A stretch of 64,000 nucleotides of DNA from Patescibacteria group bacterium (GTDB taxonomy: Bacteria; Patescibacteriota; Microgenomatia; UBA8517). Positions 38,164 through 47,847 of this stretch are shown one piece after another. Within the stretch, counting starts at the first letter, position 1; the number at the start of each line of letters is the position of its first letter. The stretch lies in the NCBI GenBank assembly GCA_036835125.1, contig DAITMO010000001.1:255508-319507 (forward strand). Reading direction: 5' to 3'. Under the pieces are notes generated by a model that saw only the letters and a list, made by a program, of their open reading frames with translations, did not search any database and was not told where the DNA came from. Made by a program: the position numbers and the translations under genes.

Positions 38164-38705
38164 TGTCAGAATTTAAGCTTACTAAAAAGAGGTTAGGTCT
38201 TCTAATTTTAATTACTTCGGTAATATTTGGAATCATTGCTTTTTTCATTAGTTTCAAATTAAAAAACTTACAAAGCTTTGGATATTTGGGGGTTTTCTTG
38301 ATAAATTTAATTGGTTCTGCAACTATAATTTTTCCTGTTCCTTCTTTGGCTGCAACTGTTGCGGTTGGAGCGATCTCAAGTCCCATTCTTACTGCATTAT
38401 TCTCTAGTTTAGGTTCAACCTTGGGAGAACTAACTGGATACTTTGCTGGTAAAGGAGGAAAGGAAATAATGGCGAATAATAAAAAGATTGAAAAGGTCAA
38501 AAAATGGATGGATAAGTATGGGCTTTGGGTTGTGCTTGTTCTTGCTATTATCCCTAATCCATTATTTGATATGGCTGGGATAATATCGGGTATTTCTAAA
38601 GTTCCTTTAAAAAAATATTTATTAATTGTTTTTGTTGGAAAATTTATTAAATTTACAATTTTTGCATACACTGGTTTTGGATTTTTGAAACTGTTAAATA
38701 TTTAG
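38163..38705 (+). CDS. DedA/YqaA-like small membrane protein
   Basis: It has 4-5 TM helices and a G-rich loop (YFAGKGGKE). Confidence 0.45.
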   Translation: MSEFKLTKKRLGLLILITSVIFGIIAFFISFKLKNLQSFGYLGVFLINLIGSATIIFPVPSLAATVAVGAISSPILTALFSSLGSTLGELTGYFAGKGGKEIMANNKKIEKVKKWMDKYGLWVVLVLAIIPNPLFDMAGIISGISKVPLKKYLLIVFVGKFIKFTIFAYTGFGFLKLLNI

Positions 38706-38752
38706 CTTTTGGGGAATATTTAGGTTAAAATAGCTTCATTACAATAAACACA

Positions 38753-39856
38753 ATGGCTAATACGAAAAGAATGTTTTTTAAATCAAAAAATGGAAATATT
38801 CCTTTACCTATTTTTTTTCCTGATGCAACACGGGCTCTTATCAAATCTCTTGATACTAGGGATATTGAGTCTACGAGAACTCTTGGGGTATTGGTTAACA
38901 CATTTCATTTATGGCAGGAACTTGGGGGTGATGTTTTAAAAAAGTTTGGTGGAATTGGTAATTTCATGAATTTCAAAGGTGGAACTATTTCTGACTCTGG
39001 GGGATTCCAAGTTATGTCTGTTGTTAAATCGGGTGCTCTAAAAGGAAAGATTACTGATGAGGGAGTTATTTTCTATCCTACTAAGAAAACAAAAAAGATA
39101 TTAACTCCCGAAAAATCAATTGAGTTTCAGATGAAGCTTGCAACTGACATGGTAGTGGTACTGGACGATTTTACAGATCCAAAATATTCATATGATGAGG
39201 CAAAGGATAGCGTAGAAAGAACGATAGCTTGGGCGAAAAGGAGCAAAAACGAGTTTGAAAAGATCTGCAAAGATAGAAAACTAAATGAAGATACTAGACC
39301 GTATATCCTTGGTGTGGTTCAGGGGGGAAAGTATCAAGACTTACGGGAATATTGTGCAAAGGAACTCGTTAAAATTGGTTTTGACGGATTAGGTTATGGA
39401 GGATGGCCAATTGATGAGAATGGAAATTTTGATTATGAGTCTGCAAGGACCATTGCAAAAAATGCTCCAAAAAATTATTTTCTTTATGGTTTGGGGGTTG
39501 GAAAACCTGAGGAGATAGTTGCCCTAACAAAACTTGGTTTTAATATATTTGATTGTGTACTGCCAACACGGGATGCAAGGCACGGAAGGCTCTACGTTTA
39601 TAATGCTGATTCAATTGAAAACATTGATATAGAAAAAGATAATTTTTATAGTTTTTATACTCCAGACAAAGAAAAATATTATAAAGATGTTTCGTCTGTA
39701 AGTGAGGCTTGTGATTGTGTTCTTTGCAAAAGATATTCCAGGGCATATCTGGCGCATCTTTTTAGGGTTGGAGATTTTACTGCGGGTAGACTTGCTACAA
39801 TTCACAATCTGAGATTTTACTCAATACTAATGGAAAAACTATGCGAGAAGGAATAA
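38753..39856 (+). CDS. tgt: Queuine tRNA-ribosyltransferase (tRNA-guanine transglycosylase)
   Basis: The TIM-barrel TGT core reads VLDDFTDP. The zinc site CDCVLCKRYSRAYLAHL has the form C-x-C-x2-C-x(n)-H. Confidence 0.85.
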   Translation: MANTKRMFFKSKNGNIPLPIFFPDATRALIKSLDTRDIESTRTLGVLVNTFHLWQELGGDVLKKFGGIGNFMNFKGGTISDSGGFQVMSVVKSGALKGKITDEGVIFYPTKKTKKILTPEKSIEFQMKLATDMVVVLDDFTDPKYSYDEAKDSVERTIAWAKRSKNEFEKICKDRKLNEDTRPYILGVVQGGKYQDLREYCAKELVKIGFDGLGYGGWPIDENGNFDYESARTIAKNAPKNYFLYGLGVGKPEEIVALTKLGFNIFDCVLPTRDARHGRLYVYNADSIENIDIEKDNFYSFYTPDKEKYYKDVSSVSEACDCVLCKRYSRAYLAHLFRVGDFTAGRLATIHNLRFYSILMEKLCEKE

Positions 39857-39901
39857 AGACTTGACAAGTTCTTAATTATAAGTTTATACTTCAGCACTAT
39901 C

Positions 39902-40537
39902 ATGGAAGAGACACAAAATCAGCCTCAGGAAACTTTTGGACAAAATCAAGAACCTCAAAATGGTGGCGTTTCTTTCCCAAATGTACCAAGCCAGAAAAAA
40001 GGAAATGGTGCAAAAACTCTTTTAATAGTTGGAATTTTAGTGTTGGTTGGAATTTTAGGATATGTGATTTATAGAAGTGCTTCAAAGACTGAAGAAGATA
40101 CAAACTTATTAACAGAACCAACTCCTTATGAAAATATGATCGCTCCAAATACTGAACCAACAATTGAACCAGTTGCAAGTCCATCTTCAACACCCGCTGC
40201 AGCAGATAAGTCAGAAATCAAAATTCAGGTTCAAAATGGAACTGGGATTACTGGAGAGGCTGCATTTCTTCAAACCATCTTGGAAGGTCTTGGTTATGAG
40301 GATATTGCGGTTGGAAATTCTGCAGCTCAAGATGCAGAAGATACAACTGTAAGCTTTACTTCTGCCGTTCCTGCAAGTATTGTTACCGAAATTACCAACA
40401 AACTTAATGCAACTTATGAAAAAGTAACTAAAACAAGTTCAACATCTTCAACTTATGATGTTGTAATTGTCACAGGTCTTAAAAAGGGTGCAACCCCAAA
40501 GCCAACAACAACTCCAACAGCAACCCCAGCAGAATAA
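39902..40537 (+). CDS. LytR_C (LytR/CpsA/Psr C-terminal) domain membrane protein
   Basis: A TM helix, a Pro/Thr/Glu-rich linker, then IKIQVQNGTGITGEAAFLQTILEGLGYEDIAVGN. Confidence 0.55.
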   Translation: MEETQNQPQETFGQNQEPQNGGVSFPNVPSQKKGNGAKTLLIVGILVLVGILGYVIYRSASKTEEDTNLLTEPTPYENMIAPNTEPTIEPVASPSSTPAAADKSEIKIQVQNGTGITGEAAFLQTILEGLGYEDIAVGNSAAQDAEDTTVSFTSAVPASIVTEITNKLNATYEKVTKTSSTSSTYDVVIVTGLKKGATPKPTTTPTATPAE

Positions 40538-40589
40538 TTATTTTGATGGTTTAGTGAAAAATATTCCCTTTGTGGTGTAGAATAAAGTA

Positions 40590-41048
40590 ATGATTAATCT
40601 GCCTAAAATTCCTGCTGGTACTTTCCAATTTAACCTTGGAAATTTTTCTCTTCCTATTCCCTATTGGCAGGCAATTGCAGTTGTCGCTTTAGTGTTTGTT
40701 CTTATTCTTCTTCTTGCAAAATTTAGACGTCATGCAGTTGATTACTCGCTAAAAGGTGCAGTTTTTGGAATATTTTTTGGTTTTCTTTTGGCACTTATTT
40801 TGGAAGGGTTTTTGATAATAGGGGGTAGAACTGCAATAACTTCAGTCTTAGGTTGGAAGAATCCACCTAAAGCTGTTGCCAATGTTTTGGATCTAGGGAA
40901 AAACAAACTAATTCAGGTGATGGGAGTAAGTACAACAATACCGTCATCATTTGCAAAAGATTCTGTTTCTGTTCAAAGTGCTATAGAAACACTTCAATCC
41001 CTAAATCCTGAAGAAAGGAAAAAGGTAGAATCAATCTTCTGTGAATAA
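40590..41048 (+). CDS. Hypothetical membrane protein
   Basis: A 152-aa ORF with 2-3 TM helices. Confidence 0.3.
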   Translation: MINLPKIPAGTFQFNLGNFSLPIPYWQAIAVVALVFVLILLLAKFRRHAVDYSLKGAVFGIFFGFLLALILEGFLIIGGRTAITSVLGWKNPPKAVANVLDLGKNKLIQVMGVSTTIPSSFAKDSVSVQSAIETLQSLNPEERKKVESIFCE

Positions 41049-41111
41049 TTTTTGAAATTGGGAGATTTTTAGGTTTTTCAAGTTTTGTGAACTTGCGCTA
41101 TACTTCAAGGT

Positions 41112-42164
41112 ATGGAAGAAACAAATATATCAGTTGAAGATTTGATTGTGCGCCTTGATAAATTAATTGAGGTGGTGGATCTTGCTGGGAAAAAAGTAAA
41201 GATTGAGGAGTTAGAGAAAAAAGTAACAGACACCAATCTTTGGAGTGATCCTGACAATGCAAGGAAGATTACTCAGGAACTTTCCGATTTGAAAAAAGAA
41301 ATTGAAGATATTACTGAACTTAAGGGAACTCTCGAAATATTAAAAGAAGTAACTGATGAAGCTGAACTTAGGAAAGCAGAGCGCGATCTTTCTAAGCTTG
41401 AGCTTATGAGTTATTTGTCTGGAGATTATGATGGAAAAAATGCAATTGTTTCTATTCATGCAGGGCAAGGTGGAACTGAGGCGATGGATTGGAGTGGGAT
41501 GATATATAGAATGTACTTAAGGTTTTGTGAAAGACGTGGATGGAAAGTTGAAACTCTTGACTATACGGCAGGAGAGGAAGCGGGGATTAAAAGCGTTACA
41601 TTTAAAGTGTCTGGACATTATGCATATGGGTATTTAAAACATGAGGCTGGAACTCATAGACTTGTGAGACAATCTCCTTTTAATGCAGACAAACTTCGAC
41701 AAACTTCCTTTTCTTTAGTTGAAGTTATGCCTGAGTTAGCAGATACAGATTTGAAAGATGTGGAAATTAAAGAGGAGGATTTAGATTGGCAATTTATTCA
41801 TGCAGGGGGACACGGAGGACAGAATGTGAATAAAGTTGCGACAGCCGTACGTTTAACCCATATTCCTTCAGGAATTGTTATAACTGCTTCAACTGAGCGT
41901 TTCCAGGAACAGAATAGAAAAGCAGCCCTGGAACTACTTCGAGGAAAGCTTTGGGTCAGGCAACAGGAAATAGAAAAAGGACTTAAAAAAGAAATAAAAG
42001 GGGATTATCGGCCTGCTTCTTGGGGAACACAAATAAGAAGCTATGTTCTTCATCCTTACAAAATGGTAAAAGATCTCCGAACAGAGGTTGAAACAGGCAA
42101 TACTGAGAGTGTGCTAGATGGAGAAATTGATGAGTTTATCGATGCCGAGTTGAAGTTGAAATAA
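41112..42164 (+). CDS. prfB: Peptide chain release factor 2
   Basis: The SPF tripeptide (RQSPFNA) and the GGQ motif (GGQNVNKV) are present. The reading frame is uninterrupted, with no programmed +1 frameshift. Confidence 0.9.
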   Translation: MEETNISVEDLIVRLDKLIEVVDLAGKKVKIEELEKKVTDTNLWSDPDNARKITQELSDLKKEIEDITELKGTLEILKEVTDEAELRKAERDLSKLELMSYLSGDYDGKNAIVSIHAGQGGTEAMDWSGMIYRMYLRFCERRGWKVETLDYTAGEEAGIKSVTFKVSGHYAYGYLKHEAGTHRLVRQSPFNADKLRQTSFSLVEVMPELADTDLKDVEIKEEDLDWQFIHAGGHGGQNVNKVATAVRLTHIPSGIVITASTERFQEQNRKAALELLRGKLWVRQQEIEKGLKKEIKGDYRPASWGTQIRSYVLHPYKMVKDLRTEVETGNTESVLDGEIDEFIDAELKLK

Positions 42165-42214
42165 CACTCTTCTTGTTCTTGCTCCAAACTTTACAAGTAT
42201 GGTATAGTGAACTC

Positions 42215-42619
42215 ATGCAACCGACAAAGAAAAGTGTAACTCCATTTGTTATTGGTGCTTTTTTTGTTGTTTTAGCTGGAGTATTGGTAGCTTGGTTAAT
42301 TTCTCCTAAACTTGCTAAAAATACTGTTACTTCAGGTGGTGCTCCTGGGGCAAAAGTGACTTCAAATGAAGCAGGTAGACTTGATCCAAATATCAAATAT
42401 GACACTGCAACAGGTGTTCTTAAGGCAGGAGGGATAAATGGTGAGGGGACATATCACCTTGAGCGTGAAGGAGGACCTTCAAAATATGTGTATTTGACTT
42501 CAAGTATGGTTGATTTGGGTATGTTTGAGGGAAAAACTGTTGATATATGGGGAGAAACAATTGCTTCAAAGAAAGCCGGATGGCTTATGGATGTTGCCAA
42601 GATTAAAGTCACAGAATAA
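42215..42619 (+). CDS. Hypothetical membrane-anchored protein
   Basis: A TM helix is followed by a Gly-rich soluble domain. The start was chosen at MQPTKKS. Confidence 0.3.
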   Translation: MQPTKKSVTPFVIGAFFVVLAGVLVAWLISPKLAKNTVTSGGAPGAKVTSNEAGRLDPNIKYDTATGVLKAGGINGEGTYHLEREGGPSKYVYLTSSMVDLGMFEGKTVDIWGETIASKKAGWLMDVAKIKVTE

Positions 42620-42671
42620 TTTAGATCTGGCTTTATTTCTTTTCACTTGCTACCCTTAATTAACCAACAAA

Positions 42672-43409
42672 ATGGCATCTCAAGAAACTGCCCAAATAAC
42701 TTTTAAGAAAGTAACTAAAACTTACGGATCAACAGTTGCATTAAATGATGTTTCTTTTGATATCAAAAAGGGTGAGTTTGTTTTTATAACAGGTCCTTCA
42801 GGGGTAGGGAAAACTACAATTTTAAAGCTAATATTGGGAGAAATCATTCCCGATAAAGGGGAAGTGGTGGTGGATGGAACAAATATTATTTCCTTGGATG
42901 AAAAAACAATTCCAGGCCATAGACAGAAAATTGGTACAATTTTTCAGGATTTTAAAGTACTTCCAGAGAGAACTGTTTTTGAAAATATCAGTGTTGCATT
43001 AGCTGTTATTGGACTTTTAGAGGAAGAATGGGAACAAAGGGTTAAACATGTACTTAAACTTGTTGGACTGGACAAAAAAATAAACAATTTCCCTTCTCAA
43101 CTTTCGGGAGGAGAACTCCAAAGAGTTTCTTTGGCAAGGGCTTTATCGGTTAACCCCAAAATAGTATTGGCTGATGAGCCTACTGGAAACTTGGATTGGG
43201 AAACGTCAGATGGTTTAATGAATCTTTTTGAAAAAATAAACAAAGAGGGAAAAACCGTAATCATGGCAACACACAATATGGAGATTGTTAAAAAACATGG
43301 ACACAGAGAGATTCATCTTGAGAGTTCTGATGAAAAAATACCTGATGAGAAAGTTTCTACAGATAAATCTAAAGGTGAGAAAAAGGATGATAAAATAGAA
43401 AAGAAATGA
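42672..43409 (+). CDS. ftsE: Cell division ATP-binding protein FtsE
   Basis: Walker A reads GPSGVGKTT. The signature motif reads LSGGELQRVSLARAL. Walker B reads LADEPTGNLD. Confidence 0.85.
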   Translation: MASQETAQITFKKVTKTYGSTVALNDVSFDIKKGEFVFITGPSGVGKTTILKLILGEIIPDKGEVVVDGTNIISLDEKTIPGHRQKIGTIFQDFKVLPERTVFENISVALAVIGLLEEEWEQRVKHVLKLVGLDKKINNFPSQLSGGELQRVSLARALSVNPKIVLADEPTGNLDWETSDGLMNLFEKINKEGKTVIMATHNMEIVKKHGHREIHLESSDEKIPDEKVSTDKSKGEKKDDKIEKK

Positions 43410-44320
43410 ATATACACTTTAAAACTGCTGCAAGCTATATAAGACGTTCACCTTTTCAGGCACTGGCGGCCTCATTTGTTCTTACTTTAACTTTTTTTGT
43501 TTCTACAGTGATATTAGTTCTCGTCTATTCTTCATCTAAGCTTGTAACATATTTTGAAACCAGACCTCAGGTCATTGCGTTTTTAAAAAGTGATGCGGAA
43601 GATTCGGCAATTTCTGTACTTCAGGAAAAGTTGGGAAGTGACTCACGAGTTAGTTCAATTAAGTATGTGAGTAAAGAGGAGGCTTTGGATATCTATAAAG
43701 AAGCAACAAGTGACAATCCCCTTTTGGGACAACTTGTTAGTCCTTCGATATTCCCCCCATCTTTGGAATTTTCTGTAACTGAATTAACCTTTGCACAAAG
43801 TGTGATAGATGAGGTAAAAACTGAACCCGTTGTTGAATCTGTTGGTTTTACTGCAGCACTTGGGGGAGAATCAAGTTTAAATGATGTGATAGGAAGACTT
43901 AAAACTGTCACAAGTTATGTGAGAATTGGAGGAATTGTATTTGTTGGACTATTATCAGCAACTTCCTTGGTAATACTTCTTGTAATAACAAGTATGAGGG
44001 TGGTAAGGAGAAGAGATGAGGTTGAGATATTAAATCTAATTGGAGCTCCAAAAGGATTTATTAGAAGCCCAATTGTTATTGAGGCTTTTGTCTATACTCT
44101 TTCTGGAGTATTGATTGGTTGGGCCTTGGCATTCATTGCGGTGCTTTATCTTTCCCCATCAGTTGTTACATATTTTGGAGAGATTCCAATTTTACCTCGC
44201 GATATCTTAGGAATTTTTGAAATATTTGGAATAATTTTGGGAATTGAAATTGTTGGTGGAAGTGTTTTGGCGGGAGCAGGGAGTTTACTTGCAATCTCAA
44301 GGGTTAAAAAAGTAAGATAA
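43406..44320 (+). CDS. ftsX: Cell division permease FtsX
   Basis: Four TM helices with an FtsX-like extracytoplasmic loop. It is translationally coupled to ftsE. Confidence 0.75.
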   Translation: MNIHFKTAASYIRRSPFQALAASFVLTLTFFVSTVILVLVYSSSKLVTYFETRPQVIAFLKSDAEDSAISVLQEKLGSDSRVSSIKYVSKEEALDIYKEATSDNPLLGQLVSPSIFPPSLEFSVTELTFAQSVIDEVKTEPVVESVGFTAALGGESSLNDVIGRLKTVTSYVRIGGIVFVGLLSATSLVILLVITSMRVVRRRDEVEILNLIGAPKGFIRSPIVIEAFVYTLSGVLIGWALAFIAVLYLSPSVVTYFGEIPILPRDILGIFEIFGIILGIEIVGGSVLAGAGSLLAISRVKKVR

Positions 44321-44330
44321 GCTTTGTGAA

Positions 44331-45527
44331 ATGAAAATAAATGAAAAAAAGATTTTCTTCTCTATACTTCTAACAGTTAGCTTTTTTGTTTTGTTTATTT
44401 TTGCTCCAAGGACACTGGCTGTTTCCTGTACTGATAGTTGTAGTGATGAGGGTAGTTGTAAAGCAGTAATTGATGAATGTACAAAACAAATTTCTACACT
44501 TCAAGGACAAGCAAATACACTTAAAAATCAAATTGCACAATTTGATACACAAATTAAACTTACCAGTGTAAAAATCACAGAAACTCAAAATAAAATTTTC
44601 CAACTAGGAGGAAGAATCGATCAATTGAAAGATTCAGTTGAAAGCTTAACGGAAGCTTTCAATGCAAGAGCTTCAGAAACATACAAACTTTCAAGGTTTG
44701 AGAATAAATTTGTGTTTATCTTAAGTGCGACTGATATTTCAGATGCACAATCAAGATTGCATTATTTGATGAAAATTCAAGAAGAAGACAATAATCTACT
44801 TCGAAGACTTCAGGATGCAAAGACTAATTATGAAGAAGAGAAAGTCGATCAAGAAGCATTACAAAAAGAATTAGAAAAACAAAAAGCAAACCTTAATTCT
44901 CAAAAAGCTGCAAAAAATAATCTGCTTTCTGTTACAAAAAATGATGAAAAAAGATATCAAAGCTTACTAACTCAAGCAAAAACTCAATTGGCATCGTTTA
45001 GAGGTTTTACTCAATCAAGGGGTGGAGCTTCTTTATTAAGTGGTCAGACTAAATGTAATGATGGATGGTCTGGTTGTTATTACAATCAAAGAGATTCTGA
45101 ATGGGGAAATATGTCGTTGGGTGGGACATCATATCAAATGAAAGATTCTGGTTGTTTCGTTACTTCAATTTCTATGATGGCAAGCCATTCAGGTAAGGAT
45201 ATAAAACCAGGTGCAATTGCAGGAATCCCTGCAATATTTACAAGTCAGGGAGATCTTATATGGGCACCATTTAATGTTAATGGTACTTCAGTTTCAGTAA
45301 GCTCTGATAGTAAAAGTAATTTAGATAGTTATGTGACAAATGGAAAACCTGTTATTGCTAAATTACATTATTCTTATGGGGATCACTTTATAGTAATCCT
45401 TAGAAAGGATGGAGACACATATTATATGAATGATCCGTATTTAGAGAATGGATATAATAAGCCATTAAGTGCAGGGGGTTATTCAGTTGGGGACATCAAT
45501 AGTCTTCGTGTTGTTAGTTTTAATTAA
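44331..45527 (+). CDS. PcsB/EnvC-like coiled-coil protein with a C-terminal papain-like (C39-like) cysteine peptidase domain
   Basis: A signal peptide and a long coiled coil are followed by a C-terminal domain with Cys (DSGCFVTSISMMA) and His (GDHFIVIL). It lies immediately downstream of ftsEX. Confidence 0.5.
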   Translation: MKINEKKIFFSILLTVSFFVLFIFAPRTLAVSCTDSCSDEGSCKAVIDECTKQISTLQGQANTLKNQIAQFDTQIKLTSVKITETQNKIFQLGGRIDQLKDSVESLTEAFNARASETYKLSRFENKFVFILSATDISDAQSRLHYLMKIQEEDNNLLRRLQDAKTNYEEEKVDQEALQKELEKQKANLNSQKAAKNNLLSVTKNDEKRYQSLLTQAKTQLASFRGFTQSRGGASLLSGQTKCNDGWSGCYYNQRDSEWGNMSLGGTSYQMKDSGCFVTSISMMASHSGKDIKPGAIAGIPAIFTSQGDLIWAPFNVNGTSVSVSSDSKSNLDSYVTNGKPVIAKLHYSYGDHFIVILRKDGDTYYMNDPYLENGYNKPLSAGGYSVGDINSLRVVSFN

Positions 45528-45649
45528 TAAATAATACTAAAAGTAATTAAGGAAACTGATTTGTATTTTATATATTCAGTATTTCATTTATAAATTGAAT
45601 TTCAGTTATGATAATATGGTATTGCAACCATGTTGTTTAACTAATTAAA

Positions 45650-46459
45650 GTGCAAAAGGTACGATTAGTATTAATTATTCTCACACTTCTATTATTTTTT
45701 TTGTTTCCAAAATGTATTTTAGCCCAGGTGGTTATTAACGAGATTCACCCAACAGATGAATGGGTTGAACTATATAAAACATTAGACGAAGAAGTTTCTC
45801 TAGAGGGGTGTGTTTTGTATTTTCATTCTAGAGATAGTAATACTTCAAATACTCAAAAAAAAGTTTTTACTGCAGTGGATGTGTTTTTAATTGATGAATA
45901 TTACAAAATAGTTGACACTGGAAATAATTGGTTAGCGGACTCTGGGGATGTTGTTTCTCTTGTTTGCGATTCCTTTTCGGATGGACCTCACTTATATAGC
46001 AGTAATATGAAAGACAAAAGTTTTGCTAGAGTCCCTAACGGAACAGGGTCATTTATTGCAATTACTACACCAACTTACAAAAGTGTAAATCCAGATTCAA
46101 TTTCTACTCCAACACCAACCCCCACAGATTCACCAATAACAACACCTACTCCGGCACCCTCTCCAACTCAAACCCCTACTCCCACACCCACTCCCACCAA
46201 AACTCCATCTCCAAAACCAACTTCTACAAAAACGGCTACTATTAGTGCGGTACTTAATTCTTCTTCATCTGGTGATTTTGATTTTCCTGAAGTTTTGGGA
46301 GTTGAAGATTCTATTGGTAAGGAGGATGGGGAGGAGGATAGTTTTAATACAAAGCTTATCTTTCCTGTTTTAATCATTGCTCTTGGTCTTGTCTTTATCA
46401 CCTTCTCTATTTTTAGTATCATTAGGAATGCAAAAAGGAAAGATTTGGAAAATAATTGA
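45650..46459 (+). CDS. Lamin-tail-domain (LTD) surface protein with a Pro/Thr-rich linker and C-terminal TM anchor
   Basis: The LTD signature reads VVINEIHPTDEWVELYK. The linker is TPTPTP-rich. There is a C-terminal TM helix. Confidence 0.6.
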   Translation: MQKVRLVLIILTLLLFFLFPKCILAQVVINEIHPTDEWVELYKTLDEEVSLEGCVLYFHSRDSNTSNTQKKVFTAVDVFLIDEYYKIVDTGNNWLADSGDVVSLVCDSFSDGPHLYSSNMKDKSFARVPNGTGSFIAITTPTYKSVNPDSISTPTPTPTDSPITTPTPAPSPTQTPTPTPTPTKTPSPKPTSTKTATISAVLNSSSSGDFDFPEVLGVEDSIGKEDGEEDSFNTKLIFPVLIIALGLVFITFSIFSIIRNAKRKDLENN

Positions 46460-46853
46460 TCTTTGGCTTCCTCCTGTATTTTGGGCACTTGTGATTTTTA
46501 AGTTTTCTTCTGGGAGTGTTCCAAAAGCATCTGATTCTTTTTGGGTGGATTTTATAATTAAAAAAATTGGACATGTTATTCTTTTTGCTACACTTGCAGT
46601 TCTTATCTATAGAGGACTTGTTGGGTCTGGTATAGGGAAAACTAAGGCAATAGTTTTTGCATTAGTTTTTTCAATCTTTTATGGAATCAGTGATGAAATT
46701 CATCAAATGTATACGCAAGGAAGAGAGGCAAAGGTTAGAGATGTCCTAATTGACGCTTTTGGGTCAGGAATTGTTCTTTTTATTTTAAATAAATATATAA
46801 CAAGATTTCCAAAACGTGTGCGTGATATACTCTTAAGTATTGGAATTAATTAA
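46428..46853 (+). CDS. VanZ-like family membrane protein
   Basis: A small 4-TM protein with a VanZ-like pattern (GHVILFATLAVLIYRGL). The start is uncertain; the ORF is open from 46377. Confidence 0.45.
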   Translation: MQKGKIWKIIDLWLPPVFWALVIFKFSSGSVPKASDSFWVDFIIKKIGHVILFATLAVLIYRGLVGSGIGKTKAIVFALVFSIFYGISDEIHQMYTQGREAKVRDVLIDAFGSGIVLFILNKYITRFPKRVRDILLSIGIN

Positions 46854-46854
46854 T

Positions 46855-47847
46855 ATGGCTAAAATTCTTGTAACAGGTGGGGCAGGTTACATTGGTAGCT
46901 TCATGGTTCGTGAACTTGAGAAAAAGGGATTTGAAGTAGTGATAGTTGATAATCTTTCACAAGGACACAGAAGGGCGGTAGAAAACTTCAGACTTGAAGA
47001 GATAGATTTAGTTACTCAAAAAGATAGACTCAGTAGTCTTTTGACTTCAGAAAAATTTGATGGGGTAGTACATATGGCCAGCTTCATCCAGATGGGGGAG
47101 TCATACAAGGATCCTTCTAAATATTATTTGAACAATGTCTATGGTTTTATGAATTTAATGGATGTTATGAGAGAAAGTCATGTTTCTAATTTGATTATTT
47201 CAAGTAGTGCGGGAGTATATGGAAATCCTACCAAATTACCAATTGAAGAGGATGACCCTAAAAACCCTTTAAACCCATATGGAGAAACTAAATATATATT
47301 AGAAAGAATGGCAGAAGATTATGATACTGCGTATGGCATTAAGTTCATGAGTATTCGCTACTTTAATGCAGCTGGTGCTGCACTTGATGGAAGTATTGGG
47401 GAAGACCATCCTGAGGAAAGCCATTTAATCCCAAATATTGTTAAAAAGGCTTTGAAGAATGAGGAAATTGAAATTTTTGGTGATGATTACGAAACTCCCG
47501 ATGGCACAAATGTTAGGGACTACATTCATGTGCTAGATCTGGTTGAAACTCATTCAATTGCTATGGAAAAGCTTTTGGGAGGAGCAAAAAGCAATTTCTA
47601 CAATGCTGGTATTGGACAGGGTTTTTCAAACAAGGAGATATTGGATGCTGTGGGGAAAGAATTGGGAGCTACTTTGAATGTTAAGTATGGAGAAAGAAGG
47701 CGGGGAGATGCAGATGCGCTTTATGCATCGATTGAAAAGATTAAACGCGACTTTTCATGGTCTCCTAAATATGGTTTAACCGAGATAGTTAAAACGGCAG
47801 TCTTGTGGCACAGAAATCACCCTTCTGGATATGATAATATGGACTAA
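46855..47847 (+). CDS. galE: UDP-glucose 4-epimerase
   Basis: GxxGxxG reads TGGAGYIGS. The SDR YxxxK motif reads YGETK. Confidence 0.85.
   Translation: MAKILVTGGAGYIGSFMVRELEKKGFEVVIVDNLSQGHRRAVENFRLEEIDLVTQKDRLSSLLTSEKFDGVVHMASFIQMGESYKDPSKYYLNNVYGFMNLMDVMRESHVSNLIISSSAGVYGNPTKLPIEEDDPKNPLNPYGETKYILERMAEDYDTAYGIKFMSIRYFNAAGAALDGSIGEDHPEESHLIPNIVKKALKNEEIEIFGDDYETPDGTNVRDYIHVLDLVETHSIAMEKLLGGAKSNFYNAGIGQGFSNKEILDAVGKELGATLNVKYGERRRGDADALYASIEKIKRDFSWSPKYGLTEIVKTAVLWHRNHPSGYDNMD

Noticed and set aside
41112-41200. Programmed frameshift site in prfB
   Set aside because: The ORF is continuous from a plausible N-terminus (MEETNISVEDL...) through SPF and GGQ. No in-frame TGA interrupts it.
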